DNA of 64,000 nt from Negaprion brevirostris (lineage: Eukaryota), in NCBI GenBank assembly GCA_030324005.1, contig JARDVH010000132.1, forward strand, positions 88,835,350 through 88,899,349. Reading direction: 5' to 3'. A program made the position numbers and the translations under genes. Positions 25,051-37,319 of this stretch are shown piece after piece. How positions within the stretch are numbered: position 1 is the stretch's first letter; each line of letters starts with the position of its first letter. The notes below the pieces were generated by a model that was given only the letters and a program-made list of their open reading frames with translations, was not told the DNA's origin and searched no databases.

Positions 25051-25669
25051 GCTGCAGGGGATTCCGAAAGCCGGAAATTAAAGCTAACAGAAAAATGTTG
25101 ATGACATAGACCAGGAAAAGAAAACACTGAAACAGTGTAAAGGGGCGTAGCACGGTATTCTCCTTGGAACTGTAATCCAGGATGTTTGGATTGAGAAACA
25201 ATTGCTCAAATATCAGCAGATGGAAATAGCCTCAAGGCAGCTCCTAGGAGGGTTTTGCTGCTAACAAAAACTGTGGTGGCATTTGGGAATTGTCTTGGGG
25301 TCACTGACAGGAAATGTGGATAAAACCTAATTAACCTATAGTAGCAATGCTGCTAGTGAGTCAGCATACATGCTAACTTCTAATGTCAGCAACATTATAT
25401 GGCTGTTGCTGCGCAATGCTCTGTGTACAGCAAATACAGATAGATATGGGATCACATGAAAAGCATACAGCCATAATGCATAATATTTAGGTCTAAGTTG
25501 ATGAATAAGGTGGTTTCGGATATGAATATTTAAAATTATCAAGGTACCTGTGTTTTCCCCAGAGAAGCCAGCAGCTTCTATTACTGACAGGAGATTTCAG
25601 TATTCACAAACGTCATGGGCAATTTTAAAGCAGTGATTCTTGAAATTGTTTGGCGGGATTTGTACTTAC

Positions 25670-25780
25670 TTTTTACATGTACATGATAGCCAACTATATC
25701 GTCCTCGGGTCTCATTAAATTCGGCTGCTGATATTAAAGTCATGGCAGATACAACATTGCAGTCTGATTTGGGTTTAGTT
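25670..25780 (-). CDS. Candidate internal exon, 111 nt (TKPKSDCNVVSAMTLISAAEFNETRGRYSWLSCTCK)
   Basis: CATTCTCAG acceptor, GTAAGT donor, single open frame (phase 2 to 2), retained CpGs. Confidence 0.4.
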
Positions 25781-26728
25781 CTGAGAATGTTGATAGTTAT
25801 TGGAAAATGCACTGACAAATGATGATTTTAAAACTCACAGGTCAGATGGTTAGGTTAGGAGCACAGTGCTGAATTGGGTTCAGGAGAAAATTGATTTTTA
25901 AACAAATAATAGTCAATCTCACGCCACTCTGTCACAAGGAGTCAGGACTAAGGGCACTTTTTAGTGAAGGAAAGGTCAGTGACAGAAGAGATTACTGAAC
26001 TCAGATTGGGCAAGGGAATAGAGGCAGAAAAGAGATGGATAGAGGAGACAGTAGGGTGGAAATAAGAAGGGTGAGGTCAGAGAATGAGAGGAAGGTGATA
26101 AGAACAATGGTCAGGCTGACAGGGAGAGGAAAGGATGAGGGGCAGAGAAGGAAGGCAGAAAGGGAGTGTGTCTGTTGGTTTCCTGACACTGTAGGATTTT
26201 GACTGGGGTGAGGGGAGCTGGAAGATTGCCTTCCCGCCCACACACCCTTGAATAGTCAGTTGAGGCCTCTTCCTGTTACCACTGGCACTCAAGCAGCAAC
26301 AGAGGAGGGTGGGGTGGAGAGGCAGGTGGGAATGTGCGAACACTGCCCAGATGGGAGACTATCCAGAAAAGCTTGGTAGCTTTCCTGTAGACTTGGTGAT
26401 GTAGGGCAGTGTTCCCTGATGGGAAATGCCAAGCCTCCAGCCCCTCCACCCTAACCCTTATCAAAAGCCCTACTCTCACTATGGCCTGACTGACTGGCCT
26501 CAGCATCTCAGTGCCTCAAAGTTGGGTACAGCCTCAGCGGTGGAACTGCTCATAGTGGTGCCTTCTGGCCAACAGATTTTGGGAGCGTGATCTTTAGGGT
26601 AAATTTAGGATGTCATGTGGCCTGTTCTGCAGTTAGCTTTACAATGAGCCTGGGTAGTTTGATTGTTCTGGACTAAAGGAAGACTTTTACTGAGAAGATG
26701 GTGCAAAGCATTTATGCTTGGAGATAAT

Positions 26729-26855
26729 GGGCAGGATTTTTCAGCCACAAGCGCCTGAAGACTAGAAAATCCTGCCTGAGGTTAATTGACCTTTACATGG
26801 TCTGTCCCCTGCCCACGACGATTCCCATGGCAGGTGGGATGGAAAAATTCCGCCC
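26729..26855. mobile_element. 127-bp Harbinger-type MITE
   Basis: TIRs GGGCAGGATTTTTC / GAAAAATTCCGCCC, exact TSD AAT/AAT; alignable with 43916 and 44844. Confidence 0.8.
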
Positions 26856-26999
26856 AATGACTGCAGCCTCCAAGCTTACTATCCGTTGATCTTGAGTCTC
26901 CCAATGATCCAGAAAGCTGTTATAGATATTGAATTGAAAACAGTAATGCTGTAAGTTAGCCATTTACTTCTAGAATGAAAGAGAGTTAGGTTCAAAGAT

Positions 27000-27680
27000 A
27001 ATTTACTGACATTTCTAAGTAGATTACAAAGCTAATGTGTTTTTTATTACCATGGGTAAAGGGAGCCATTTTTGAGATTTGGCTTCCTAATAAATCCATG
27101 ACTATCGCAGACTTAAGACAAAGTTCACAGCTTTGTTTTGAGTCATCTGGAAGATAGAAATAGCAGCAGCCAGGCCTGCATTTAAAGCAGAGATAATGCT
27201 GTTTCTGTTTACACCTTACAGAACACAGGTATGAGCTTGCACTCAGATTGGAGACTGAGTTAAGATTTAAAGAAGGCTGGAAAATTCATCTAGCTTGGAG
27301 CTAGAAGAAGGGATCTACAGTGTAACCCACACAATGAGAGGTAGTCCTGGCTTTGAAAGTAAAATGAGGAACAGGCCATCAGCATCTGGGCATAATTTTA
27401 AACTGGTTCCTGGAAGATGAATTCTCCATTTTAAGGGAAAATAAAACTGATACCCATAGTGAGAGATTTTCAATCATGCTAAAAGTTAAATGGGGATTTT
27501 CCTTTCTGGAGTTTAAAGTATAAGTTGCTTACAAAAAAAAAGTGTTTACTCAACAGTTTTGTCATTTGTTACAGTAAAAGTTTTAAACATGGAATTGTAA
27601 TGTGTCATTCTTTCAGCTGTTGACTGAAAGTTCTAATTTCTCTTTAAAAGTTAACAGCCTTTAAGGAGATCATTTCCATA
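27000..27680 (+). mobile_element. Possible solo LTR, decayed
   Basis: General resemblance to recalled shark LTR sequence only; termini not clear. Confidence 0.3.
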
Positions 27681-27865
27681 GTCACACGCCATCCTGCCAT
27701 ATATCGCGCTACCATCATCAGCACTACCTCGAAACCCGGAATTACTCCCATAACAGTACTTTAGGAACACCACCAGCCCATGACTGCAGAAATTCACCAC
27801 CTTTCTAGAGCAATTGTTTAGAGTAAATAAATGCTGCCATTGCCAAAGTCATCCATATTTTGAGC
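27680..27865 (+). mobile_element. LINE 3' tail (GCAATAAATGCTGGCC family)
   Basis: GTCACACGCCATCCTG...TATATCGC...CTCCCATAACAG...AATAAATGCTG. Confidence 0.6.
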
Positions 27866-30034
27866 ATGTATGGGATGTAATTTCCTAGCTCCAGGGCTGG
27901 GAAATTTCACCCGCACTCCTCACTCCCCCCACTTGGAGGTTCTCAGGTAATGTTTACATGGCAACGTTTAGGAAATTCAAACTTCCCAAAGCAAGTGTCC
28001 TGCGCTGGAAATCATCCAAAAATGTGATTTAAACTGCCAATCGTTACATCAATAATTATCCAAAAAAACTTTGAAAATGCAAAACCACTCCAAACTTCTG
28101 GGTAACCACTGTACAGACCTACAACAACACTCTCTGCAGAACTCCCCAACATCCCTGAATTTCCATGGGACTCCCGCAACTAACACCCACCTCCCTCTTT
28201 CCATCCACCCACCGACTGACCTGCACGGGATCTACCAAACCCCACAGAAATTCAGATGGAACTCCCCATACCCCCCGATTCTTCAGTCACCAACCCACAA
28301 AAAGACCTCCCCAACAGGACACTATATGCCCACGGGACTCTTTCCCCCTGCCCTCCCCACAGTAGATTTGACTCTCACCCCCACCACCTATGGTCCAACC
28401 TCCTGCCTCTACCCCACTTCTGCCTGATTCTGTAGCACTTGATTGAAGGCTTCAAGAGGGATCTGCTTTGCACAGTTCTCGCCCAGCCTGAGTCAGAAGA
28501 TCGGTGATGTGGGATTGGAGTGGCAGTCTGATTGTCACTCCACAGAAGTTCCAGCCCAGTATTGCTAAAACAACACACACTGGTGGCTTTACTGATGGTC
28601 AGGCAGCCTGTGAAATATTTAGCATTGTGATTGAAAGATAGACTAGAATTCGAAATATTACTTTTCAAAATTTTAACCAGAATGCAGATACTGGAGAACT
28701 GAAAGTGATGCTGGCATTTACAATATCCATATTTTGCACCATAATAGAAATAAATGTAAATACTCTTACTGGTTGCAGCACCACTGTTATAGGATCTGTA
28801 TTTCATTGTGCAGTTGTTGAGCGATTTTGAAAGCACATTTGTTATCTTTGTCAGGACAGGAAAAATGTTCATGCTAATAGCGGTAAACCTGCAGAGTGTT
28901 TGGGCTCCAGTAGCCCAGTGCTTTTAACACATCTCTCTTTTCAGGGAATTATATGAATGACTGCTAAACATCTTTGAAGAGGTTAAAGCAACCTCAAAGA
29001 CTGTGAGGAAATTAAAGCATTGNNNNNNNNNNTAAGCACTTTGGTCCAAATATTTGAGAATCTGCTTTTGAAATGCAACATTTTATCTTTGAGCTCACAG
29101 TACAAATGGAACATCTGATGGAAGAGTAAAATTATATTTTATTCTACAAATATGGGCCATCTTTGAGGTACCATGTTTTTCTTATTTATGATAGACTCTG
29201 TGGGCCTAAGATTCCACCATTCTCTATCTTTCCCACCGGAATCTCAGTGGGAGATCAACTTTGTGAGGGAAATGTGTAAATGACCTTTCTCAGCCATTTC
29301 TGTAGCATTTCTATTGATTCTGTACCAAAACTATAAGAACTGGAGAACTCCCATGGAATTTTACAGTTCCTATTATGTACTATCACTGTCTCAGATCAAA
29401 ATTATACTTAATACTTGTAAATGCTGTGGGTTCCTGAATCACCAACAGCAAGGACTTGCAACAAAGAGTAGTTTGTTCTCTAGCTTAGCNNNNNNNNNNN
29501 NNNNNNNNNNNNNNNNNNNNNNNNNNNNNNNNNNNNNNNNNNNNNNNNNNNNNNNNNNNNNNNNNNNNNNNNNNNNNNNNNNNTCAGTCTACAGTACTTA
29601 TATTATCCGTTCAGGTTTCAACATAAATTTGTCACTATATTGCATTGCGAATTGACTTATTTTGTTGAACATACATTGGAATACAAGTATATGCAATCAT
29701 GCTGTATTCAAATTCCTGAATAGTGGGTTGATTCAGGTTGACACTAGGTTTGCCAACTCCACAGTTTGTGCGAAATCTCTAAGAGTTAAAAATCCCATGG
29801 ATGTTGTTGAGAACTGCCTGGGAGAAAGGTCCTGGAACCATTTAGGAAAAAAGGCACTTCTTTCACTTTCGTGAACAGTTTCATCTTTTCTTTATAAAAA
29901 TACTGGCAATGGGGAAAACAGCTGTGAAGCAGAAGGTCATGTGATCAAACCTTCAGGAAAGCAGCCAGCCAGAGTTAACACCCCTAGTTCTAAGACTGAC
30001 TATATAAGCCTGGATTTTGCAATTGATCTTTAAT

Positions 30035-30265
30035 TCTGGCCTCGGGTGATTGTGTGTGTGAAGTTTGCACGTTCTCCCCATGTCTGCGTGAGTTTCCTCC
30101 CACAGTCCAAAGATGTGCAGGTTAGATGGATTGGCCATGGGAAATGTGTGGGCTTACCGGAATAAGGCAGGGGAGCGGGCCTGGGTAAAATAATCTGTTA
30201 GAGAGTCAGTGCAGACTTGATGGGCCAAATGGCCACTTCTGCATTGTTGCAATTCTATGATTCTA
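30035..30265 (+). mobile_element. HE1-type V-SINE, 5'-truncated
   Basis: Body and ATTCTATGATTCT tail. Confidence 0.88.
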
Positions 30266-32182
30266 GTTGCGAACTATCAGAGAATTCACTGCTGTACTTG
30301 AATAAAGCTGCCCGTAAGGATTTACCAACTCCTTTAATATGGATTTCACCTTTTCTGATTATTTCATTCTGCCATTGGCTATGTGAGATCTCTGGCACCC
30401 AGCAACCATGTATGGTAAAGAAACCCAGAAGTGTAAAGGACTGATGATCTTTCACTTTTTGATTGTTGTGAAGATTGAAATTTGCAGCATGCACATGGGA
30501 TGAAGTTAGAAACTGAAATGTGAAAGACTTAAAAATTAATTTAAGAATCCGTATTTTTATCATGTCTGAGAATTTTCTTATGCCACAAATATAAAATTAG
30601 TTTTTCAGAGCCAGAGAGGTTGTCAGAAGTAATTATGATTTAGAAGGCTGTTAAAAATCCAATTAAACCTCAGCAGACAGGGGTTTAGCAGTGAGTCGTG
30701 TAAAGCGTAGATGTTCTTATTAAACCAAGTGATTTCAAGATTTCCATCTGCAAGAACTTCAACAGCATATGGAGAAATGGAGTATCAATGACAGCATTTT
30801 CTAATGACTGCATTTAACTGCGAATATATAGATGCCAGAAGTTGTTGCTGGTTTCACAGAGTAATGATAACTAATGCTGACAACGTTGCTGTCATTAGAA
30901 CTGCAATTTTCTTTTCCCCTTTACATCTGCATTGGTATCCTTGGACCAACTAAGTGCAGCTTTGCTTCCATTAGAATCAGTTGCATTTAAAGAATTTGAC
31001 TGTATAATGCTGATCCTAAACTAGGTCAAGCACAACTCACAGTGAATTGTCCTACAAACCAATAGCTGCTGTCTAAACTATTTCAGTTGAAGCAGCAATT
31101 CATCACTTTAATGTGAAAAACATTCATTTGTATTTGAGAAATCACTCTTTCAATTGGTTTCTCTATTGAAAGATTGCCATTGTTTTATCTTTGTATAAAT
31201 GTAGGAGCATTCAAGGAGCATAGTCATAAACTGAAACCTCAATAACAAGGAATGTGAGGGGAATTCTCCAGGGCAGCTAGCCCCTGGTAGGAATCGTGAT
31301 GGCCTGTTGAATTGGGCGTTAGGGCAAAAATGGGATTCCCACCATGCATCAAACCCATTGTGAGTCTCCCTGCCAGCTGCAGGGTGCTGTCCGTAGCGGG
31401 CAGAAACTTGATAAATACCAATTAAATATCATGTCTGTGTCATTGACAGGTTTGAGGCCAGCTGCTCTGGCCTCCTGCTATGTACTCCCCCTCCCAGCAG
31501 CAAGTCCAGCAGGCAGGATTTGGTACAGATCCTGACAAACATAGACCTGACACCTTGGACTCCAAAGGAAGGGGCCAGTGAGGCAAGTTCTGTGCCTATG
31601 TTCCCCTCTGCCACTGCCAGGCTGCAGAGGGAGGATCCCCCAGCAGTTCGATGGTCTTGGGTTGTGGCAAAGGAGTAGGCTTTGGGATTCTCCCCCAGCT
31701 TGGGAGTCTTACAACTGGACAGCCCATCTTGTCCTGGGAGAAGTGGAGATCACGTTGGCATGGTGAGTTCNNNNNNNNNNAGTGGCTTGGTCACTATAAT
31801 ATCCATGCCCCAAGGATACTAAAAGCCATCAAAATCATTTAAGAGCTCCAACCTACAGAAAGAATTGAACTGTGATTTGCTCTTAGAAGCCCAAGGTCTG
31901 TTCACAGACCCCTTAGAAGCCCTCTGACCGAGAGATGTCAGTTTCATTCGGGGGGGATTCAATTCTATAGCCTGGATAAGCCACAGGCGCAATCTGGCCA
32001 CTTTGAACTGCTCTGATTGACAGCACTAGAACAGATCAAACAGTTCACTGCAGATATAATTGAGTAAGCCTCAAGTACTTCAACTTTTCAGCATAGCTGC
32101 TCACTCAGCTGCATTCCTTTAACACTGCATGTTTTTCTACTCTCTGAGCCTTAGTAGAAAGCTCAAATGCCTTGAAAAACTT

Positions 32183-32266
32183 TGATGTGGAGATGCCGGT
32201 GTTGGATTGAATAGGCACAATAAGAAGTCTCACAACACCAGGTTAAAGCCGAACAGGCTTATTTGG
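32183..32266. repeat. Repeat terminus, probably Penelope-associated (TGATGTGGAGATGCCGG...AAGTCTCACAACACCAGG)
   Basis: Near-identical to 36225-36311. Confidence 0.7.
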
Positions 32267-33688
32267 ACAGTGACTGCCATGGTGTCACTACCACGATGTC
32301 ACCGGCAGGATGCTGGAGCAGTGTAAGATTGGAACTGTCGATGGGGGCGGGAGGGGCTTGAAAGAGTGGCCTGACAGGATCCCATACCAGAGTTTCTCTC
32401 TTGTGGTGGAGTATTGAGGCTTCTGTCTGGGGGGATGGTTGGGGTGTTCCCCTTGTCAGTGGGATGTTGCTTTGTCTGTTGTGGGAGTGGGGAGTGGTCC
32501 TGTTGAAGAACGCCCTTTAAAAATGATACCCCAATCTCTGTAAAATGGGAGGTTTCAGCGTGTTTCCCCATAGAGGATTCCTCCTCCTCCACACACAAAC
32601 ACCTCTCCCCCCCCCAAAGGTAGTTGAATCCCACCTGGAAGGCACTGCCAACACCAGCAGGAAACACTCCGGTTTTCCCGTTGACAGCAGCACTTCGAGT
32701 GCAATCAGGAGAATTGTGCCAATGCATTTACGATCAGTGGTAAAGGTTGTTTTGGCTTAATGCAAACTAAGGGTAGTTAAATTCAATAGCATTTAAACAC
32801 AAAAATATTTCAGTCATTACTACTTTAATGATGTGCAGGGAATAAATCCAATAAAAATAGATGATCAGTGGAAGATTGTGGAATACCTACTTTATTATCA
32901 CTTTGGCAAAGATGTGACAACACGGGATTGCAAGTCAATGTCTTCATGAATGAAATCAATTCTATATTTCAGAGTTCCCATTGTACAATGATGGTCACAT
33001 TGTATCATCAATACCATATCCAGTGTTTGCCTCATGATGAATGAGACATCATCAGACGTGGAACTAGTGCAGAATCACAAGGCTGTTCCCAAATTATCGG
33101 AGAAGCTAATTGTTAGGAAAGATGGTCAGATAGTTATTCAGCTTTCAAAAGACACAACTTGAACAGTATCTTTTTGCTATTATTTTGATCTGATAATGTT
33201 TTGCCACATGGATCAATCACTGACCACATTACAAATGAAATTCAGCGGAGTGTATCGACTGAGGTGACTTTAATCAGAAATGTGTAAGGAGGTTGAACTG
33301 AAACTTTTCCATTTGATGATCAAGACCCAAATTCTGAAAGTTTGTACAACTTGCAACCATGTTGCTGACATGCATAAGATTGTCTTCCCTTGCATCCTGG
33401 CATGACAGGACTTTGTGATTACACAACCAAAGTAAAATTATTGCAGACATTTTGACAGAAGTAAAGATACTGCTGAGAGGGGATCCATTAGAACTAGAAA
33501 GCACATCAAATTGTGTGGAATACCTAACACCATATCATAACACCACTTCTACTTAAATTGGGCCAGTAGGAAAAAAAAATGCTACAGATTCAAATGGGGA
33601 AATGAATGCTAATGCCAGGAAATTCTTCTTCACACAGTATTGCGTGGGCTGGACTTCCAAACAGAGTAGTGGAACCAAACAAAAACTT

Positions 33689-34546
33689 AGCCCAGATTTT
33701 TGTCTCTGGGCCAGGATGGGTGATTTCCCAGCACAGCGAATGTGACCTTTAAAAATGGCCAGCCACAGGCTGAAACAGGAGCGGAGGCAGACTGCCCAAC
33801 GCAGAGGCTGGCAGGGTGCAAGATCCACCTCAGTGCCCAGGCACTGTGTATATAAAAAAAAACAAAAAAATCCCTTTTAACCCTCATTCCCCCAACCCCA
33901 CACCCCGCCCTGCCTGCCAAAAACACATACACTGCCTGTGCCCCATCCATGGCAACCTATGTCCCCACACCCTCAAACCAATTTAATTCCCCTTTACCAC
34001 ACCAATGTGGAGCTAATTCATGCCAACCCGTACCCTCAACCACCCTTTACTCTTACCCACTCCATGCCAACTCATTTAGTATCCTTGGACATTTCCTTGA
34101 TAGGTTTGATACTTCCTGGATAGATTTGATAGCTGGACAGCTCCTTAACATTTCCCTGACAACATTACATGGACAGGTAGTCATTTCCTGGATAACTGGG
34201 TACCATCTTTACAACATGATAGTTCCAATTAGTTTCTGCATAAATCATGCATGATGATACTCACATTTAACAATCCCAAAGGGTGCTTTACCTTTCCCAA
34301 AGATGTCCCAGAACTCAATCCAAAGGGCTATGCTGGCTATTCATAAGAATCCACCAAGTTCAGGCCTCCTCTTACATGCACATTCCAGGTTCCGTATCCC
34401 TGTTCTTCCAAAATTCCACTTCAGTGAAGGCAGCTGGTTTAAGTGGCCAACTCCCTTTGTGAATCATACATCCGCGATCCCTGGCCTAACTCCAGTCCTG
34501 TCCCCACAATAGGAAATGTTGAGTTCGGTACACAGAAAATTTGGCC
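33689..34546. mobile_element. Harbinger-type non-autonomous element
   Basis: TIR-like GCCCAGATTTTT / GAAAATTTGGCC with a C-rich interior resembling 52925-54360. Confidence 0.5.
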
Positions 34547-34623
34547 ATTCCTAGGTTTTTTGTTTTCGACACACAGGCTCTTTCATGAAAAAGAACCTGG
34601 AAATTATGAAAACCAGGGCCTTA

Positions 34624-34833
34624 GAGCAGGACTCTCCGGCCTGTCCCGCTGGTGGGATCTTTCCGCACCAGTGAAGATGATCACACCACGGTGCAATCCT
34701 TGGCAGCAGAGGGCAGGCAAACAATGCAAATGGCCAAAAGATCTCTCCAGTGGCAAATGGCAAGCTGTCTCTGCTACCAGAAAACCCACCCCTGGGGCAG
34801 TGGGTGGGGGAGCAGAGGCCAAAAATCCCAGCC
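34624..34833. mobile_element. Harbinger-type MITE
   Basis: GAGCAGGACTCT ... AAAATCCCAGCC flanked by exact TTA/TTA. Confidence 0.65.
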
Positions 34834-36224
34834 TTAGTGTAATTTCTAAAACAGTTGGGTGCTGCAAAGATGGGAAACTAGGTTTGTTATTTGCCATGTT
34901 TGTATGATGCAGGGTGACTGACACAACTGCTGTAAACTAACTTTATTAATAACAGAACATGAATGCACAATTGCAAGGCATCTGCAGCTTTGTTGCAACT
35001 TTCCCTAACATGTGCTATCTGACCTTTAGCCCCCAGATCAGGTGCCCCCATGTAGCGCAGAGTGTACTGTATTGTATCTAATATTGAAGTCCAGTACCAC
35101 AATCACCCTATTATCAGCTAAGTCAAGATGGGGAGGAAGTAATTCTCCTTTTCCATATATATTCTGAGAATTCTGTTTATACAGCAATGTTTTTAAATTT
35201 AAGAAAAACAGAAATGATAAATTGACAGTTAAATAATTTTGGCATCTATCCAAAGGATTAATTGAAGTGTGATGAGAATTTCAAGTTCCTTCAACAAGTC
35301 TGATTTTCCTTTCAAGATCTGAGGAACACTAATTTACTGATTCATGTGATTAAATTTGATTGCCATTCCGTTACTCCATTTAAAATAGTTCTTAAAAGGA
35401 AGCAGAGTCATGAGGGTTGTGGAGGCCGATTCTTCCTGCAAGTATCATGTGGCCAGTTTGCTGCTTGATAGGTATGAACAAAGAATAGTTTTCATTTTAA
35501 TTTCACTGCATAGCATCTGAGAGAGCTTGTACTGTTCATACGGTATACAAACAATGACAGCCAGGAATGGACCCACAGGTTCTTAACCTATCTCTTACTT
35601 TTCCATTACCTCATGCATCTTAATGCAAAAACTCCTCAGCCTACAACTAACTCTCAGGAGGAACTAAAAGACAGATAAAACCTTAGGCCAATTAGGGAAA
35701 AGAACATTGAGAAAATTCCTCTCTGACCCCAAAAGTGATCAAAAGGTCCAGGAAATAATCCTGATCCAAATTGATATTATGTGGCATCTTCCTTTTGTAC
35801 AAAGTGACTGCTACCTCAGTTATTAACAGGTACAGATCTTGCTTGAAATAATTCAATGAATTGGCATTCAACACACACAGTGTGGAGTAGCCTGCTCCAC
35901 AAGCGCACATTCTCGAGGCAAAAACCATCTAAACTAATTATGGCCTTTCTTGGGATTGAACCCCTGCTCCTTCCTAAGCTTTCTAGCTGAAGCTGTCCAA
36001 ACAAGGCCCACTTACAACACCCATTCTATCATTTTATATTTTCCAGAGGTTCAAAATTTGGAACCCAAGGTTGCGTCGGGCAGAACTTCCCTTATTACTT
36101 TCTGAACTCTCAGCATGTAAAGCATGTTTTGGGGATAGTACAACAATAGAATTGAGTAGGTCAGTATACTCTTTGTGGGATTATGTGGAATGGAATTCAG
36201 TGACAGACCAACCAATAGTTTATA

Positions 36225-36364
36225 TGATGTAGAGATGTTGCCTGTGGACTAGGGTGGGCACAGTAAGAAGTCTCACAATGCCAGGTTAAAGTCCAACAGG
36301 TTTACTTGGAATCAAAATATTTCCAAATAAACCTGTTGGACTTTAACCTGGTGTTGTGAGACTT
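36225..36364. repeat. Inverted-repeat element with 44-bp arms and a 9-nt loop
   Basis: 36268-36311 pairs with 36321-36364 at 41/44. Confidence 0.9.
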
Positions 36365-36413
36365 TTTAATACTTTGTATGCCACACTCAAGATTATTGTT
36401 GAATGAAACTCAC

Positions 36414-36449
36414 CTCACTTGAACCAACTGCAGGCGTAGATTTCAGCAT
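36414..36449 (-). CDS. Candidate first coding exon (MLKSTPAVGSSE)
   Basis: AAG-ATG context, consensus GAG|GTGAGT donor, local CpG retention. Confidence 0.25.
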
Positions 36450-37195
36450 CTTTGTATTACTCACTGGAGATCCAGGTACTGAGCCTCTCGTGACCACCAG
36501 TTGCCACAGACGATTGTAAAAGCAAAATGACTTGAGCAGAGAGAGAGACATACTCAGCAGGTGAGAGAGACTACCAATCAATTATAATTCCCAGTTTAGC
36601 CCAAGGCTACAACAAATAGACATAATATCTAAATGAAAGTAGTTTAATCAAAACAAAATATAAGAGATTGCCAAATGCCTTGCTAATACATACAGTATTG
36701 TGATATTTAATGCTGTCATGCTCCAGCTTTGGAGAGTAGGAAAGATATCCAGATGTCTACAAGCAACGGTAAGTTCCTGGCTGAATGTTTGTTTCATTTT
36801 GTTTTTATTATTCAGGTCAAACATTCGCCAAAATGTGAGTGAATTCAATAGGATAAATTTAATTGGAGAGTGTTTGGTTCTTTTCCAGTTTTGTCTCACT
36901 GCTAATTGCCATCTTTCCGATCAGCTCGTAACCAACAATATAGTAAGACAGAGCATTTTGTTCGGAAAACAATGACTGATATTTTGTTTTCAGCTTTATC
37001 GTTTTTGAATAGGCTGCCAAAGTTGATTTACAAACTGGAGAAATCAGCAGCCAGTAAGCTTAGAAATTTGGAGAAAAATCTCTACTTATTGTATTTTGAT
37101 TTGGTGATGGCATAGATGATTTCCCCACTGAGACGACAAGGAAACCTGGTCTTGGAAGCCTATCATAGCTCCTCTTAAATTGATCACTGACTGTA

Positions 37196-37319
37196 TGTGA
37201 ACAACAATGACAACTTATATTTATATAATGTCGTTACTGGACAAAAACATCCAAAGCATTTCACAGGAGCTTTATCAGCCAAAATGTAATGCCAAGCCAT
37301 GTAACAAGACATTAGAACA
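37196..37319 (-). mobile_element. L2 3' end (left part of a split element)
   Basis: CAACTTATATTTATATA...CAAAGCATTTCACAGGAGC; continues at 39033. Confidence 0.7.

Noticed and set aside
25057-25150. Strong plus-strand acceptor after the pyrimidine tract
   Set aside because: All three frames stop within about 17 codons, and the sequence resembles a decayed Penelope-type terminus.
27222-27228. 7-nt microexon-like TTACAG-AACACAG-GTATGA
   Set aside because: Frame-shifting length and located inside a probable LTR-like repeat.
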